Below, one piece after another: positions 1 through 9,093 of a stretch of 33,113 nt of DNA (its first letter is position 1; every line of letters begins with the position of its first letter). The stretch is from a virus. Taxonomy: Duplodnaviria > Caudoviricetes. Position numbers and translations under genes: made by a program. The stretch covers positions 1 through 33,113 of the IMG/VR virus record IMGVR_UViG_3300032247_000060; one strand, written 5' to 3'. Below the pieces are notes generated by a model. It was not told the DNA's origin and searched no databases. It saw nothing but the letters and a program-made list of their open reading frames with translations.

Positions 1-123
1 GCCAAGGCAGACCGAATTGCTAAAGCAAAAAAGGAGAAAGAAAATGGAAACTGAAATCATCCAAGGTTCAACCGAATGGTTTTACCAACGTCTGGGCAAG
101 GTCACCGCCAGCAGGGTTGCAGA
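1..123. repeat. 123-bp direct terminal repeat (copy 1), probably circular-assembly overlap
   Basis: 1-123 is identical to 32991-33113; it cuts through the erf/YqaJ junction, which reads continuously across the join. Confidence 0.95.
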
Positions 124-679
124 TGTAATTGCCAAGACAAAGACGGGTTACAGCACCAGCCGCGACAACTACATGGCCCAGCTTGTGGTGGAACGCCTGA
201 CCTTTACCAAACAAGAGTCATATACCAACGCCGCCATGCAGTGGGGCACAGAGCAAGAACCATTTGCCAGGGCGGCTTATGAGGCCGCACAGGGCGTAAT
301 GGTTGAAGAAGTGGGGTTTGTGCGCCACCCAACGATTGAGTGGGCTGGTGCGTCCCCTGATGGCCTTGTTGGAGGTGAGGGAGAGGGGCTCGTAGAAATC
401 AAATGCCCAAACACTTTGACCATGATTGAAACGCTGCTATCCCAAAAAGTGCCTGGCAAATATTTTGCCCAGATGCAATTTCAAATGGCTTGCACAGGTC
501 GCAAGTGGACTGACTATGTGGTGTTTGACCCACGAATGCCAGAGAAGGCGCAATTGTTTGTCAAACGGGTTGACCGTGATGACAAATATATCGCAGAGAT
601 TGAAGCAGAGATTGTCAAGTTTCTTGCTGAAGTCAAATCCCAAGTTCAACAACTCAACGCAATCATTGAAAGCAAATAA
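44..679 (+). CDS. YqaJ-like viral recombinase / lambda-exonuclease family 5'-3' exonuclease
   Basis: QGSTEW..R.G.VTAS, MQWGTEQE, GASPDG, VEIKCP, Y..QMQ.QM motifs; ATG at 44 with AAGGAG RBS; follows erf. Confidence 0.9.
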   Translation: METEIIQGSTEWFYQRLGKVTASRVADVIAKTKTGYSTSRDNYMAQLVVERLTFTKQESYTNAAMQWGTEQEPFARAAYEAAQGVMVEEVGFVRHPTIEWAGASPDGLVGGEGEGLVEIKCPNTLTMIETLLSQKVPGKYFAQMQFQMACTGRKWTDYVVFDPRMPEKAQLFVKRVDRDDKYIAEIEAEIVKFLAEVKSQVQQLNAIIESK

Positions 680-921
680 TGTCAAAAGTCAAAAAAGAAA
701 TCACCGCCATTGTTGGTCAGTACACCAATGCCCAAGGCCAGCAAAAGAATCGTTACCAGCGCATCGGGTCAATCATTGACACCAGGAATGGGGAAATGCT
801 CAAGCTGGATGTAATCCCTCTAAAAGAAAACGGCTGGGACGGTTGGGCATATTTGAATGACCCGCGACCTGTTGAGCCTAAAGGCTTGCCAGCAGATAAC
901 GATGACGATCTGCCGTTCTGA
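679..921 (+). CDS. Putative small ssDNA-binding protein
   Basis: 80 aa, beta-rich, acidic SSB-type C-terminal tail DNDDDLPF; directly after Erf and exonuclease. Confidence 0.65.
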   Translation: MSKVKKEITAIVGQYTNAQGQQKNRYQRIGSIIDTRNGEMLKLDVIPLKENGWDGWAYLNDPRPVEPKGLPADNDDDLPF

Positions 922-923
922 CC

Positions 924-1223
924 ATGTTTGATTTCATATTTCCTCGAGTGCGTAAATCTGACCCGCTAACCTCATTTGTGGCAGCGGATTCAGCCAAGGA
1001 ATTGGCTAAAAAACACGGTTTAATCATTGTTCAATGCCTTGTCCAACATGGGCCATTGGGCAAAGATGGAATTGCAACCCACACAGGGCTGGATGGCAAC
1101 CAAGTGGCTAGGCGTTTAAAAGAACTAGAAACGCTGGGACTGATTGGTTTGACAGGCAAAACAGTCGCATCTAAATCTAAGCGCCAGGAAAGGGAATGGC
1201 GTGTTTTTGGGGATTTGGCATGA
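924..1223 (+). CDS. Winged-helix DNA-binding protein
   Basis: R..DP.TS..AA N-terminal motif; HTH-like GKDGIATHTGLDGNQVARRLKELETLGLI. Confidence 0.6.
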   Translation: MFDFIFPRVRKSDPLTSFVAADSAKELAKKHGLIIVQCLVQHGPLGKDGIATHTGLDGNQVARRLKELETLGLIGLTGKTVASKSKRQEREWRVFGDLA

Positions 1224-1438
1224 ATGAAGAAGATGAAGCATTTGAGGAACTCAGTCGCAGACAAGGCGATTGGGGTTTGCAGGGTTCACGCAAACACCAG
1301 ATCATGCGCTTTGCTGAAAACGCTGAACGCAATGCCGTAATTGAGGAGGTGGCCCAAGAACTGGACAAGTTTGCTGGGCCATTTGGACGGGACACCGTTC
1401 AATCATTTGCAGCTTATGTAAGAGGAATGAAGAAATGA
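1220..1438 (+). CDS. Hypothetical protein
   Basis: ATG at 1220 in ATGA overlap with upstream stop; 72 aa. Confidence 0.6.
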   Translation: MNEEDEAFEELSRRQGDWGLQGSRKHQIMRFAENAERNAVIEEVAQELDKFAGPFGRDTVQSFAAYVRGMKK

Positions 1439-1587
1439 AAGCACGACAAGTTTTTATTGCCCTAATGACGGGCAAAGGCTACACAGAAGATGATTTAAAG
1501 ATGGTTAAAGGCAGATATGCCAACCCTGCCATGCAAGGTCGATGGAGTTACTTTTTAGCAGGATGGGAAATGCGGGGGGTCATGTGA
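1435..1587 (+). CDS. Hypothetical 50-aa protein (not in ORF track)
   Basis: MKARQVFIALMTGKGYTEDD...GWEMRGVM; ATGA-coupled to upstream gene. Confidence 0.6.
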   Translation: MKARQVFIALMTGKGYTEDDLKMVKGRYANPAMQGRWSYFLAGWEMRGVM

Positions 1588-1679
1588 TCGGATTGTTTCT
1601 AATCCTGTGCTTAGGCGCTGCCGTTGTGGTGGCAGTCGCTTGGGTATTTGTTCAAATCCTGTTATGGATGGAGGAATAG
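1584..1679 (+). CDS. Small single-pass membrane peptide, 31 aa (not in ORF track)
   Basis: GTGA-coupled start; MIGLFLILCLGAAVVVAVAWVFVQILLWMEE. Confidence 0.5.
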   Translation: MIGLFLILCLGAAVVVAVAWVFVQILLWMEE

Positions 1680-2141
1680 CGTCCGTTCATCCTGGCGGCG
1701 TTTAACCAGCCCTGGCAAGACTTTGCCACCGCCCTTGGTGTACTTTAGGAATTCATCCGCAGCGCCCGTCTTGTCGCCTCTAAGCACCTTCTGGCGTAGC
1801 GTTGAACGCTGGGTTGTTCCCAAGCCGCAGTTAAAAGAAAAAGAAACAAGGCTATCAAACATCCCTTGGCTGAGATCGACAGGAAATAAAGTGTGTACTC
1901 CACGTTCAAACCTTGCAAGATCGCTTCTGAGAATGGCGTTTACTTCATCCGCTGAAAACGTGCGGTTATCTTCTGGGCGTAGCAAATAACCATCTCTTTG
2001 ATCAATAGGCATCTTGCCTTGATCTGGGTAAAGTACATGACCAACTCCAATCGTCCAAAGTTTTGCAGGGCATCGGTAAGGCTTAAACCTCACCCCTTCA
2101 TGGTGCTTAATCATTTCCACAGCTTGGGCGCTGACGTTCAT
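1662..2141 (-). CDS. Endolysin, GH24 phage lysozyme (muramidase)
   Basis: IKHHEG..PY.C....WTIGVGH, FDSLVSFSFNCG, GL..RR..E motifs; start 2141 ATGA-coupled to upstream gene. Confidence 0.9.
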   Translation of the reverse strand: MNVSAQAVEMIKHHEGVRFKPYRCPAKLWTIGVGHVLYPDQGKMPIDQRDGYLLRPEDNRTFSADEVNAILRSDLARFERGVHTLFPVDLSQGMFDSLVSFSFNCGLGTTQRSTLRQKVLRGDKTGAADEFLKYTKGGGKVLPGLVKRRQDERTLFLHP

Positions 2142-2641
2142 TTTTTGAACGCTTGACCGCCAAACCAGAACGACACGATGCAAGACCAAATAATTTGTGT
2201 TTCGTCATCCCACAATTGATTTATCGCCAAATCAAAAGCCACATCAGTGTGCCATGCGTAGTAAAAGCCAAAAATCTCAACAAACATGAACATGACAAAC
2301 ATCCCGTAGGTGATGACCGAACGGGTTGCCGCCCTCATGTTTATCACCCAAGTTGATGCGCCTTGGCCTAGCGCCACATCATGGGCGTACAGGGCTTGGC
2401 GTTCTTGCATGGCGGTCTGGGCATTGGTGACCTCTGCGTTAATCTGTATCTGCTCAGTCTGGATATGCTCAATGCGTTCCTGTGCTTCCAAGCCAGCTTT
2501 TTTTAGGGTTAGTTCCCTTTCAGTCTGCATTTCAGCCAATGCCAATTCATGTTTTTTGTCGGCACGATCTTGGATAAATTCAAGGATTTTGGGCAGACCA
2601 CCCATCAAAAAACTAATTAGGCTTGAGAACAGGGTTAGCAT
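2138..2641 (-). CDS. Holin-like membrane protein (resembles 3-TM/GTA-type holins)
   Basis: Hydrophobic N-terminus, coiled coil, two C-terminal hydrophobic segments ending FWFGGQ; immediately upstream of endolysin. Confidence 0.6.
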   Translation of the reverse strand: MLTLFSSLISFLMGGLPKILEFIQDRADKKHELALAEMQTERELTLKKAGLEAQERIEHIQTEQIQINAEVTNAQTAMQERQALYAHDVALGQGASTWVINMRAATRSVITYGMFVMFMFVEIFGFYYAWHTDVAFDLAINQLWDDETQIIWSCIVSFWFGGQAFKK

Positions 2642-2930
2642 CTTTTTTCCTTTCAGCTTCAATTTGCTTTTGGAGTTTTTCAGTCTTTTCCATCTGGGCC
2701 TTGGCCTCTCGCTTTACAACCATTGTGTCCACATACATCATCCCGATCACAGGCATGATCAACGCAAACACAATTACAAACAGTATCAAGACAAAAACAT
2801 ACCCAAGCGGCCCCGATGATGCAGACTTATCATCCACATTAGGATAATCAGGTACACGGCTACGAAAAGAACCAGCACTGTTTCCAGCGCCCTGTCCAGA
2901 ATCTGATTTTTTAACCTTTGTCGCCGCCAT
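2613..2930 (-). CDS. Single-TM membrane protein with coiled-coil C-terminus (lysis region)
   Basis: TM YVFVLILFVIVFALIMPVIGMM followed by charged helix; overlaps both neighbours. Confidence 0.55.
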   Translation of the reverse strand: MAATKVKKSDSGQGAGNSAGSFRSRVPDYPNVDDKSASSGPLGYVFVLILFVIVFALIMPVIGMMYVDTMVVKREAKAQMEKTEKLQKQIEAERKKDANPVLKPN

Positions 2931-3355
2931 TCTGCCACCCGTTTTTTGTGCAGTTCCCTTGCATTGTCCTCTGCCTTTTGATCAAGTAACCGCTGATATT
3001 CATCAACGATTTCATGCCATAGGTCAGGTTGCCCCATCTCCCAGCGCACCATTCTCTCCAAGTCGGCGTAAAACTGCTTGGTCTGCCTGAGAAACATCAC
3101 ATTGTCAATGGCTTGGGTGGCTAGATCGTCCTTGATTCCTTTGCGTTTGTTTTCTTCCCGTTGAAACTCTGCTTTTTCATGCCCAGATTCCAGTTCGGCT
3201 TGGCCCTTAAAGAAGTTTGACAATGCACCGCCAACCTCGCTCGTGATCTTAGTCAGATCGTTACCAGTTTTTTTTAAGTCCTGGTAAACAGCGACACAAC
3301 CTTTAATTCCCTCATAGGCAGATTTGCAAAGGGCAAACGCTGTGATGGGGTCAAT
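2786..3355 (-). CDS. 189-aa helical protein with C-terminal TM, probable ATT start (lysis region)
   Basis: Frame is open from ATT at 3355 (IDPITAFALCKSAYEGIK...) behind AGGA; in-frame TAG at 3365-3367; TM VLVLFVAVYLIILMWMI. Confidence 0.65.
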   Translation of the reverse strand: MDPITAFALCKSAYEGIKGCVAVYQDLKKTGNDLTKITSEVGGALSNFFKGQAELESGHEKAEFQREENKRKGIKDDLATQAIDNVMFLRQTKQFYADLERMVRWEMGQPDLWHEIVDEYQRLLDQKAEDNARELHKKRVAEWRRQRLKNQILDRALETVLVLFVAVYLIILMWMISLHHRGRLGMFLS

Positions 3356-3584
3356 TTGATTTTCCTAACCAGTGGGACACATAACCCATCGCACTAGAAA
3401 TGGCAGACACCAACGCCATGCCAGCCCAAAACCCGCCTCGACCCTGATTGGCAAGCGCAACCAGTTGTTCTAGCTGGCCTTCCATCTTGGTCATCTTCTT
3501 GTCCATGTCATCAAATCGGCGCTCGTAGTCCTCGACCTTTTGCCAAAGAACGCCGTATTTAACAAGGTCTATGTCAGACATCAT
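3351..3584 (-). CDS. Coiled-coil plus C-terminal TM protein (XhlA/holin-accessory-like)
   Basis: Heptad-rich N-half then GGFWAGMALVSAISSAMGYV. Confidence 0.6.
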   Translation of the reverse strand: MMSDIDLVKYGVLWQKVEDYERRFDDMDKKMTKMEGQLEQLVALANQGRGGFWAGMALVSAISSAMGYVSHWLGKSN

Positions 3585-6067
3585 TTGTTCAAATCTTCAA
3601 GTTTGTTCTTGCCTGTTTGTTTGGTTGTGCCAGCGCCCAATTCCAAGGCTTTACGGGTTTCAGCTTCTGCGGCTCGTCTTGCCCTCATTTCCATCACAGT
3701 CGTTCCCAACTGCAACCCAGGCAAAACATAATTTAAACCGCCCTCTGCCCCTGCGCCAATGGCTTGTTTTGCTCGTTCAGCCATAGCGCCAACCAAGGTG
3801 TTGGAGTTATTCACAAACGCACCGCGGGGCTGGAATTGCGTGTATCGGGCCACATTGCCCAAAGTTTTTAATTGACCCGCTGCCTCTGGCGTGTAGATTT
3901 CTTGCAAGTTGTTGACATCATCCAGTTTTTTCAAAGCCCTGTTGTAAGCGGCTTGACTAAAATTACCTGTTTCATCAACGATGCCAGCTTTGTCTTTTAG
4001 CCAGTTGGTTGTGCCAGCCGCCATGTGCTGGTGGGCCTCAGAATTGCGACCAAGATGATCAACCATTGTGCGGATGTTTTTATTAACACCATTGATCACA
4101 AACTTGTCAATGTACTTATCAGCCGCCACCGTGTCGTTAACCGCCGCTTTGTAAGCAGGGTCTTTTTCAAGCATTTTGAAACGTTGTTTAGCAAGTGTCC
4201 TGGCTTGGTCTGCTATGGGCTTCAAAGCGCCAGCCGCGCCTTTTTCCAAAGGCAAATCTTCCAAAGTTTGACGCACAAGGCTTAACGCCATTTCTGCATT
4301 GCCATCTCCGCTGCGCTCGGCTTTGCGAATTTCAGCAGCAATGTTTGTCCTCATGGCCTCAAACTGTTCAAAAGTCATAGGTTCGCCAGCTTTAAACCTA
4401 TCCAACTGCGATTTGATAGATGATGGCAAAAACTCTGTTTTAAGTTTTTTACCTAAAAGCGCCTCTGCATTGTTGGCAAGGGCAACCCCATCCACAGGGA
4501 ATTTGCCGCCGTTAGCTTCTTCTAATTTTTTGTATGCGTCCCGAATTTTTACATTACTAGCCTCATCCATCGTTTTGTATCGATCAATGATGGCTTGACT
4601 ATTCTCTATGGTTTTAGTTCCATATACATCAGGGGCGGCACGTTGGCGAATTTCATTGATGTTTTCAATCAATTGCCCGTTTTGCTCATTAAATCGCCGT
4701 GCCAATTCTGGGTCTTTGCCTCTGCGATTCTGTTCTTGTGAAATTTTGATAATGTCGCCCGTTGATTGACCTTCTGTCAAACGCATTTGGATGGGCAAAG
4801 AATCGGCCTCAATGTGCCGAATAAACGATGTGTCTAGATTTTTTCCTGCCAACGCCGCCCGTAGTTCTGGGCTTGCCACAGACAATGCCTGTGCAATGGT
4901 TGCGCTGTCAGGCACAGCCGCCGCCCCCACGCTTTTCAATGGTTGCGCCCCAGTAACCGCCGCCGCCGTTGCCCCCACCGCTGGTGCTAATGGTGATGTG
5001 GATTTAATCTGCCCTTTGCTGGCCTCAAATTGGGCTTGTAGCGCTTGGATTTGCTCGGGTGTCATTACCTCACCCTTGGCGGTTTTTTCTGCTACTGCCG
5101 CCCGTACTGATGGCGGCAAATTGGGGTCAGACATTGCCGCTTTTTGCCGTTCCAAAAGTGAAACATTTTCAATTGTTCCTGCTGGTTTTGCCGCTGGTGG
5201 GCCTCTACGCAAACCCAACAACATGGGTGCGGTTTCCACAGCGCCAGCAATAATACCGCCAACCGTAGGCGAACCTGTGACAGATTGGGCTATGTCACCA
5301 GCAAATTTGCCAACTGGTTGAACAATATATTCCACAGGCAAATTCAACAATTCAAGCACTTTTTTAGATATGGGCGAATTAGGCTCATATCCATATTTGT
5401 CTTGGATTTCTTTTTGTATTGCATTTGCTTGTTCAAAAGAACCAGCTTTTAAACCAGCATATCCTCCAGCAACCAATGCCGCCAGATTCTGTGCAATAGC
5501 CCTTGGCACTTCATATAGAGGGCGCAAGTCTGCTGATTGATCTCCAGGTCTAAGTGTTTTTTCTAGGTTTTTGTAATCTTCTAGATTGACAGGTTGTGAC
5601 TTGCCTAAGAATTTTTCTTTTATCTGGCGCAAACTCACATCACCAGATATGCCTGTGTCGCCCCTTGTGCCAGCAAATGTGGCAATATTTTTAGCAGGTT
5701 CTTGCGTAGTTTCTTTAGCGGTTTCAGTTGATGGCGCAGTAGATTCCCAAAGATCAGCAAAGGATGTGCCTTGTGGCGCAGCTTGTGGTTGCGCCATAGC
5801 TTGGGCGGCTGGTGCAACAGGCGCTGCCATAGGTTGGCCTTTGCTTGCTGGCGCACGGGATATTTCTCTAGTCAATCCAGCAATATCTGCCTCTAATCGC
5901 AGTTTCTGTTTTGGGTCAGTTGCACGGGCTAAATCAGATTGAGCTTTTTTTAATTCAGCTTGCAAAATAGCTGCCGCCCCCTGATCTCGCTGTGCTTGCA
6001 CATTAGAAGGTATGCGATTGGGGGAAGCGTCTGCTGGCGCATCCCAAAGTTCAGCGAGTGTTGCCAT
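3581..6067 (-). CDS. Large internal virion / DNA ejection protein (P22 gp16 position)
   Basis: 828 aa, Ala/Gln-rich helical; last of three genes after the gp10-like gene. Confidence 0.6.
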   Translation of the reverse strand: MATLAELWDAPADASPNRIPSNVQAQRDQGAAAILQAELKKAQSDLARATDPKQKLRLEADIAGLTREISRAPASKGQPMAAPVAPAAQAMAQPQAAPQGTSFADLWESTAPSTETAKETTQEPAKNIATFAGTRGDTGISGDVSLRQIKEKFLGKSQPVNLEDYKNLEKTLRPGDQSADLRPLYEVPRAIAQNLAALVAGGYAGLKAGSFEQANAIQKEIQDKYGYEPNSPISKKVLELLNLPVEYIVQPVGKFAGDIAQSVTGSPTVGGIIAGAVETAPMLLGLRRGPPAAKPAGTIENVSLLERQKAAMSDPNLPPSVRAAVAEKTAKGEVMTPEQIQALQAQFEASKGQIKSTSPLAPAVGATAAAVTGAQPLKSVGAAAVPDSATIAQALSVASPELRAALAGKNLDTSFIRHIEADSLPIQMRLTEGQSTGDIIKISQEQNRRGKDPELARRFNEQNGQLIENINEIRQRAAPDVYGTKTIENSQAIIDRYKTMDEASNVKIRDAYKKLEEANGGKFPVDGVALANNAEALLGKKLKTEFLPSSIKSQLDRFKAGEPMTFEQFEAMRTNIAAEIRKAERSGDGNAEMALSLVRQTLEDLPLEKGAAGALKPIADQARTLAKQRFKMLEKDPAYKAAVNDTVAADKYIDKFVINGVNKNIRTMVDHLGRNSEAHQHMAAGTTNWLKDKAGIVDETGNFSQAAYNRALKKLDDVNNLQEIYTPEAAGQLKTLGNVARYTQFQPRGAFVNNSNTLVGAMAERAKQAIGAGAEGGLNYVLPGLQLGTTVMEMRARRAAEAETRKALELGAGTTKQTGKNKLEDLNK

Positions 6068-7581
6068 TATGGAATTATCCCCAACTGTTTGGCTTGCTTG
6101 ATTTTGGCGCTCATTTCAGCTTGCATTGCTGGTGTCATAGACTTTCTAAGTTTTTCCACATCTTCCCTAGACATTTCTTGGAACAAACGTGGGTCAGAAA
6201 GACTGTTAAATTGCCTCTGTCTTTGGGCATATTGCACAGCATCATTTTGAACTGGCGATAAAAATGCTTCTCTAGCCGCCTTCATTTTGTCAATGCCAAT
6301 CATTTGATCAGCAATTGCCAAAATAGCTTTTTCGTTTAGCTTTTTATTAGGATTGGCAATTTCTGCCAAAGCCCGTGATGCATCTGTATTGCCCCCAGCC
6401 AACGCCAGCAACGCAGAGTTCTTAGCCAATTCTTCGGTGCTGACTTTTTCTGCTTCATATGCAGATATTCCGATGGCGTTAAGAATACCCGCCGCCAATT
6501 CTTTGCGTTGACCACCAGTCCCAGTAAATGAATCAGGGGCAAATTTCTTGATGTTTTGGAATATAGCAATTCGTGGCTGCGCTTCTTTTGCATCAGCAAC
6601 AGTTTTTGCCCAATCTTCTCCAATTGATGTTCCAGCAGCGCCAAGCAATCCTGCCTGTGCAGGGCCAACGCTTGTGGTTAAATCTTCTTTGGGCCGCATT
6701 GACATTGGGCCAATCAATTTTTTTGCACCCGTGATTGGATTAACAATTTCAGTTGTTGGCGGCAGTTGTGTTTCAAATGTAGTTCCAGGCAATGCCGTTC
6801 CAGGCGGTTGTTGACCAAACAAACCTGTTTGCACAGTAGCGCCACCAGCACCTGTGTTTACACCAACTCCAGTTGGTTGCATTGCGGTCAATCTTGAACC
6901 TTGGTCAAGGGTTGCCAATAATTTATCTTTTAAGAATTGACGCAATCCCGCTGGGTTGGTTGCGGCTTGCTCAAGATATGGGCCAATCAATTGATCGGCT
7001 TTTTCTTTAGGGATATCCAAGGCAACCGCTTGTTCTTCAGCGTACTTTTTGACCCTTGCTTCTAATTTGGTTTTGTCTATTTCATTGGGGTTTTGCTCTG
7101 CCGCAATGATCAATGGGTTGTTAATTAGTCCCGTCAAACGACTAGCAACGCCAAGCACTTGCTTATTAGCAAAATCCATTTGTGCTGATTGTGTGCCTGT
7201 TTGAGCGGTCTTAAAGGTTTCTTGTGCGCCAAACGAACCCGCTATGTCTTTAAGTTGTGCCATACCTGTCAATGGCGCTATTCTTAAAATTTCTGATGTG
7301 GCTTTTGATGGGTCATAAACACCATCTGTCATTAACTTTTGTGGTTCTTTGCCAATCAAATATTGAAGATTTTTGCGCTCTAAGTCTTTTTGTTCTTCAA
7401 CAGACAAAGCAATTTGTCCCGTGCGGGCGGCTTGTTGTTGTTGCTGCAACGCCAGCGGGTTGATCTGTTCGGCTTGCTGATAGGCTTGCGCCCCCCTTGC
7501 TATGCCAAGCATATCGGCAAGGGAAGTCTGGGGCACAGGCTTAATTTCTGTGCCAAGCATTGGAACGTTAAAAGTTGCCAT
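6067..7581 (-). CDS. Internal virion / DNA ejection protein (P22 gp20 position)
   Basis: 504 aa, Gln/Ala-rich helical; synteny. Confidence 0.6.
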   Translation of the reverse strand: MATFNVPMLGTEIKPVPQTSLADMLGIARGAQAYQQAEQINPLALQQQQQAARTGQIALSVEEQKDLERKNLQYLIGKEPQKLMTDGVYDPSKATSEILRIAPLTGMAQLKDIAGSFGAQETFKTAQTGTQSAQMDFANKQVLGVASRLTGLINNPLIIAAEQNPNEIDKTKLEARVKKYAEEQAVALDIPKEKADQLIGPYLEQAATNPAGLRQFLKDKLLATLDQGSRLTAMQPTGVGVNTGAGGATVQTGLFGQQPPGTALPGTTFETQLPPTTEIVNPITGAKKLIGPMSMRPKEDLTTSVGPAQAGLLGAAGTSIGEDWAKTVADAKEAQPRIAIFQNIKKFAPDSFTGTGGQRKELAAGILNAIGISAYEAEKVSTEELAKNSALLALAGGNTDASRALAEIANPNKKLNEKAILAIADQMIGIDKMKAAREAFLSPVQNDAVQYAQRQRQFNSLSDPRLFQEMSREDVEKLRKSMTPAMQAEMSAKIKQAKQLGIIP

Positions 7582-7583
7582 GT

Positions 7584-8369
7584 TTATGCCGCCCCAATTG
7601 CGTTGTATTGGTTCATAAAGTTACTACCCGAAACATTAGAACTGCTTGGTCGAATCAAACCAGCCAAGGTCAAAGAATTACCAATGCCCTGCAAACCCCC
7701 TGCCATCGCGTTTGCAGATCCAATTTGACCAGCACCAATGGCAGATGCGCCCCCAATGCCCAGTTGACCAATGTTGCCAGCAGTGGTTTGTGCAAGATTT
7801 TGCAATTGACCTTGTGATGTTTGCCCAATACCCGCAATAGCTGCTAATCTGTTAAATACATTTCCTGTGCCAGTTTGTTCTTGGTTAAACGCTTGGGTTT
7901 TTTGTGCCATATAGTTTTGCAGGGCGTTTTGGTAGGCATTGCTTGCGTAATCTTCCGCAAACTTAATCCCGCCTCGCTCAACGTTAGACCCACCACCACC
8001 AACATTTAATGCCTGACGGGTTGCGCCCAGACCTTGACCAAGCATAAATTGATAATTTGGGGCAAGGTTTGTTTGCAGATCGGCGGCAGTGAAATCTTTA
8101 TATGCCGCTGGCATTTTGGTGAAATCAGGCAACATCGTGCCAATTCTTGACAAAGCACCATATCCAGCCGTGCGGTATGGTTCTTGTTGGGCATTCTGAA
8201 TGTCAAACATTGCCCGTTGTTGGGCGGCGGCATCAGCCGTTGCGCGTGATTGCAAATCAGCGGCTTGTGATGCTGCACCAGCTTGCCGACTACTTCCATA
8301 TGCGCCAAGCAATGCGCCGCCCAAAATGGCAGTACCAGTTGGCCCAATTGCTGAAACAATCCAAGTCAT
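7584..8369 (-). CDS. DNA transfer / ejection protein, P22 gp7-like
   Basis: Gly/Ala-rich hydrophobic N-terminus, QEPYRTAGYGAL and P.YQF...QG motifs typical of gp7-like pilot proteins. Confidence 0.7.
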   Translation of the reverse strand: MTWIVSAIGPTGTAILGGALLGAYGSSRQAGAASQAADLQSRATADAAAQQRAMFDIQNAQQEPYRTAGYGALSRIGTMLPDFTKMPAAYKDFTAADLQTNLAPNYQFMLGQGLGATRQALNVGGGGSNVERGGIKFAEDYASNAYQNALQNYMAQKTQAFNQEQTGTGNVFNRLAAIAGIGQTSQGQLQNLAQTTAGNIGQLGIGGASAIGAGQIGSANAMAGGLQGIGNSLTLAGLIRPSSSNVSGSNFMNQYNAIGAA

Positions 8370-8818
8370 GTCAATCCCCTATTTTCATCAACAGTTATTT
8401 TTAGCTTGTTCCTAGCATCAAACAACGCTGATGGGTCTGGCTCAATCAATTCGGCTTCAATCTCGTCAAGATCGGTTTTATCAGTTCTGTGAATCGTAAT
8501 GCCGATGGCATCAGTCACAGCCAGAGTCACCCGCTTTGTCCCAGGCTTGGATTCAATCACATCCCCCGCCTGGAGGCGCTTCATGCCGCTTTCTGTCCAT
8601 GCGATTATCTCGCCTTTAGCACATAAAAAGAAGTGGGGTTCTTTATGAACTTTGCCCACAATCAACGTCCCAGCAGGGCGAAACAACTTTCGCATATACA
8701 TCCCAGGGCTAAACTGGTGTTCTGTCACCAATTCAGCCTGTGGCATGGTTGCCATCTGGGCCTGGAGGCTTTCTATTTGTTCCCGTGAAACATGGCTAGG
8801 GAGGTCAAGGTCGTTCAA
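8366..8818 (-). CDS. Cupin-like protein in the virion module
   Basis: HQFSPGMYMRKLFRPAGTLIVGKVHKEPH...GEI...PGTKR cupin-like pattern. Confidence 0.6.
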   Translation of the reverse strand: MNDLDLPSHVSREQIESLQAQMATMPQAELVTEHQFSPGMYMRKLFRPAGTLIVGKVHKEPHFFLCAKGEIIAWTESGMKRLQAGDVIESKPGTKRVTLAVTDAIGITIHRTDKTDLDEIEAELIEPDPSALFDARNKLKITVDENRGLT

Positions 8819-9093
8819 AACGTGCCCCCTTTGACCCCGTTTAAGGCCGTGAAATCGGTGAATTTACCCGCCGCAGGGATTGTGAGGCCAATGGTGGAAC
8901 TGTTAATTATGCTGTTGGTGATGGTGACATTTGTGATTGTTCCACCCGTGATATTGGTGTTTGCCACATTCATCGTGATAATGTTGGGATTCATCAACCA
9001 TTGCAACCAAGGAATGCTGGGCCGTCCCGTGGTTTCATCGAGAAACGCCGAATAAGGGATATTGATGTTGCTGTTTGGGAGTGCGGTTGCCAT
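8815..9093 (-). CDS. Small virion protein (P22 gp26 tail-needle position)
   Basis: 92 aa with ITGGTITNVTITNS repeats; directly after gp10-like gene. Confidence 0.5.
   Translation of the reverse strand: MATALPNSNINIPYSAFLDETTGRPSIPWLQWLMNPNIITMNVANTNITGGTITNVTITNSIINSSTIGLTIPAAGKFTDFTALNGVKGGTF

Noticed and set aside
1-123. Biological direct terminal repeat
   Set aside because: It falls mid-operon across the erf/exonuclease overlap and is best explained as assembler overlap of a circularly permuted genome; read data would be needed to show fixed ends
3268-3275. A8 slippery run as a programmed frameshift
   Set aside because: The frame is already open through it and no stimulatory structure or useful alternative frame was evident
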